Source: Chiloscyllium plagiosum
Taxonomy: Eukaryota
DNA length: 50,352 nucleotides
Assembly (NCBI RefSeq): GCF_004010195.1
Contig: NW_025215381.1
Coordinates: 631,418 to 681,769, forward strand
Reading direction: 5' to 3'
Both the position numbers and the translations under genes were made by a program. The notes below the pieces were generated by a model. That model worked only from the letters and a program-made list of their open reading frames with translations. It was not told the DNA's origin and did not search any database. Of the stretch, positions 48,610-50,352 are shown piece after piece. The first letter of the stretch is position 1. Each line of letters starts with the position of its first letter.

Positions 48610-50190
48610 TTACAAAGAACAATACAGCACAGGAACAGGCCCTTCAGCCCAAAGCCTGCGCTGACATATGACACCTATCAAAACTAAATCACCTTTTGCT
48701 TTTGTGGCCCATATCCCTCTATTGCGCTCCTATTCATATCTGTCAAAAATCCCAAGGCATTTTATGCACGTATGAGGAACAAGAGGGTATCTCAGGAAAG
48801 GGTAGGTGCAGTCAAGGACAAGGAAAGGAATTTATGCATGGAGCCAGAGAAAGTGGGTGAGGTGCTCAATCAGTACTTTGTATCAGTATTCGCAAACAAG
48901 AAGGACATACTAAGTCTTGGAGGGGTATGTTGATATTCAGCAGCACGTCAATATGAAAAAAAGGAGGCAGCATTGGGTGTTTCAAAAAGCATAAGGAGAG
49001 GCTGGAACTTTTCTCCTTGTAGCATCAGAGGCTGAGGAGTGACAGATTTGTAAAACCTTGAGGGGCAGAGATAAGATGAACAGCCAAAGTCTTTTTCCCA
49101 AGGTGGGAGAGTCCAAAACCAGACAGCATGGGTTTAAGGTGACGGGGGAAAAATTTTAAAAGGGTCAAATTTTTTTTAACAAAGGCCAGTGCATGAGCTG
49201 TCGGAGGAATGACAGAAATGGGTACAATTCCAACATTTAAAAGACATTTGAACAGGTATATGAATAGCAAAAGTTCAGAAGGATATGAGCCAAATGCAGG
49301 CAGACAGAACAAGTTCAGTTTAAGATATTTCATTGGCATGTACAATTTGGACTGAAGGATCGGTTTCTGTGCTGTACAACTCTTATCTCTCAAATGTTGC
49401 CATTCTATCGGCTTCCTCTAGCATGGCATTCCAGGCACTTACCACCCTCTGTGTAAAAGGCTTGCCACTCACGCCTCCATTAAAAACTTACCCCATTTAA
49501 CTTTGAATTCCCGTAATCATTGACATTTCTACCCTGGAAAAAAAGACGCCTGCTGTCCATTCTTTCCATTTCTTGCTCAATTTTGTAAACCATCAGATCC
49601 TTGTCCTTGACATTCAAGTAAAAACAAAAAGGCTGTCCAATCTCTCCTCATAACCAACACCCTCAAACCAGGCAATATTCTGGTAAACCTTTACTGTACC
49701 CTCTCCAAAGCCTCCATATCATTCTGGTAGTCTGGCAACCAGAATTGTACAAATATGCCAAATGTGGCCTAGCTAACCTTCAACACTTGCCAATTTTTAT
49801 ACTCTATGCGGGCAAACATGCCTTATGCCTTCTTGACCACCTTATGCACTTGTGTTGTCAGTTTCTGGGAACTATGGGCCTGTATGCCCGAGATCCCTCT
49901 GAATTTGATGCTTCCAAGAGTTTTGCCAGTTACTGTATACTTCGCTCCTGCATTAGACCTTCCAAAATGTATCACCTTGCCTCTGTCTGGATGAAATTCC
50001 ATGTGCCAATGCTCCAGCCTGTCTATATCCTGCTGAACCCTCCGACAAACCTTATTATCTGCAGCTCCCCCAATCTTCGTGAAACATCCACAAACTTAAT
50101 CAGACAACCTACATTCTCTCCCAAAGCATTTATATATTACAAATAACAGGAGTCCCAGCACTGGTCACAAATATTTTGTCAGGAAAACAT
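48610..50190. mobile_element. Cluster of CR1 fragments on both strands
   Basis: Minus 3' end ~48610-48740, plus ~48745-49390, minus ~49395-50190, by similarity to the other CR1 copies in the window. Confidence 0.78.
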
Positions 50191-50197
50191 CCTTCTT

Positions 50198-50352
50198 CTG
50201 CAGCCAGAAGCCGTGGTGCACGTTGGCACCAACGACATAGGTTGGAAGAGGGGTGGGGAGGTCATTCAGGAGCTCAGAGAGATAGGCTGGAAGCTAAAAG
50301 CTAGGACGGACAGAGTCGTCATCTCTGGGTTGTTGCCGGTGCCACGTGACAG
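50198..50352 (+). mobile_element. CR1 ORF1 fragment (SGNH/esterase-like domain), running off the window edge
   Basis: QPEAVVHVGTNDIGWKRGGEVIQELREIGWKLKARTDRVVISGLLPVPRD; VHVGTND is typical of the CR1 ORF1 esterase domain. Confidence 0.85.

Overview
Vertebrate repeat-dense DNA, almost certainly from a shark (HE1-type SINEs with (TCTAA)n tails, HER1/CR1-type LINEs; organism is inferred from repeat content). No intact host protein-coding gene is recognisable. Most ORFs in the track are sense or antisense reads of decayed CR1 LINEs. The window also holds two Tx1-clade LINEs, two Penelope-like GIY-YIG fragments, a family of short palindromic hammerhead-motif insertions with TSDs, a fragmented Gypsy element, a retroviral env-like relic, a histone H4 fragment and a 204-N gap. 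The most striking signal is that both Tx1 elements carry spliceosomal snRNA pieces at their 5' ends. Copy 1 (minus strand) has U2(5-42), then a short ORF1-like fragment, then U1(9-28), ahead of its 5'UTR. Copy 2 (plus strand) begins with U1(7-50, stem-loop I) and ends in a poly(A) tail with no U1 remainder after it. All alignments were made by eye against recalled consensus sequences, and repeat boundaries are approximate.
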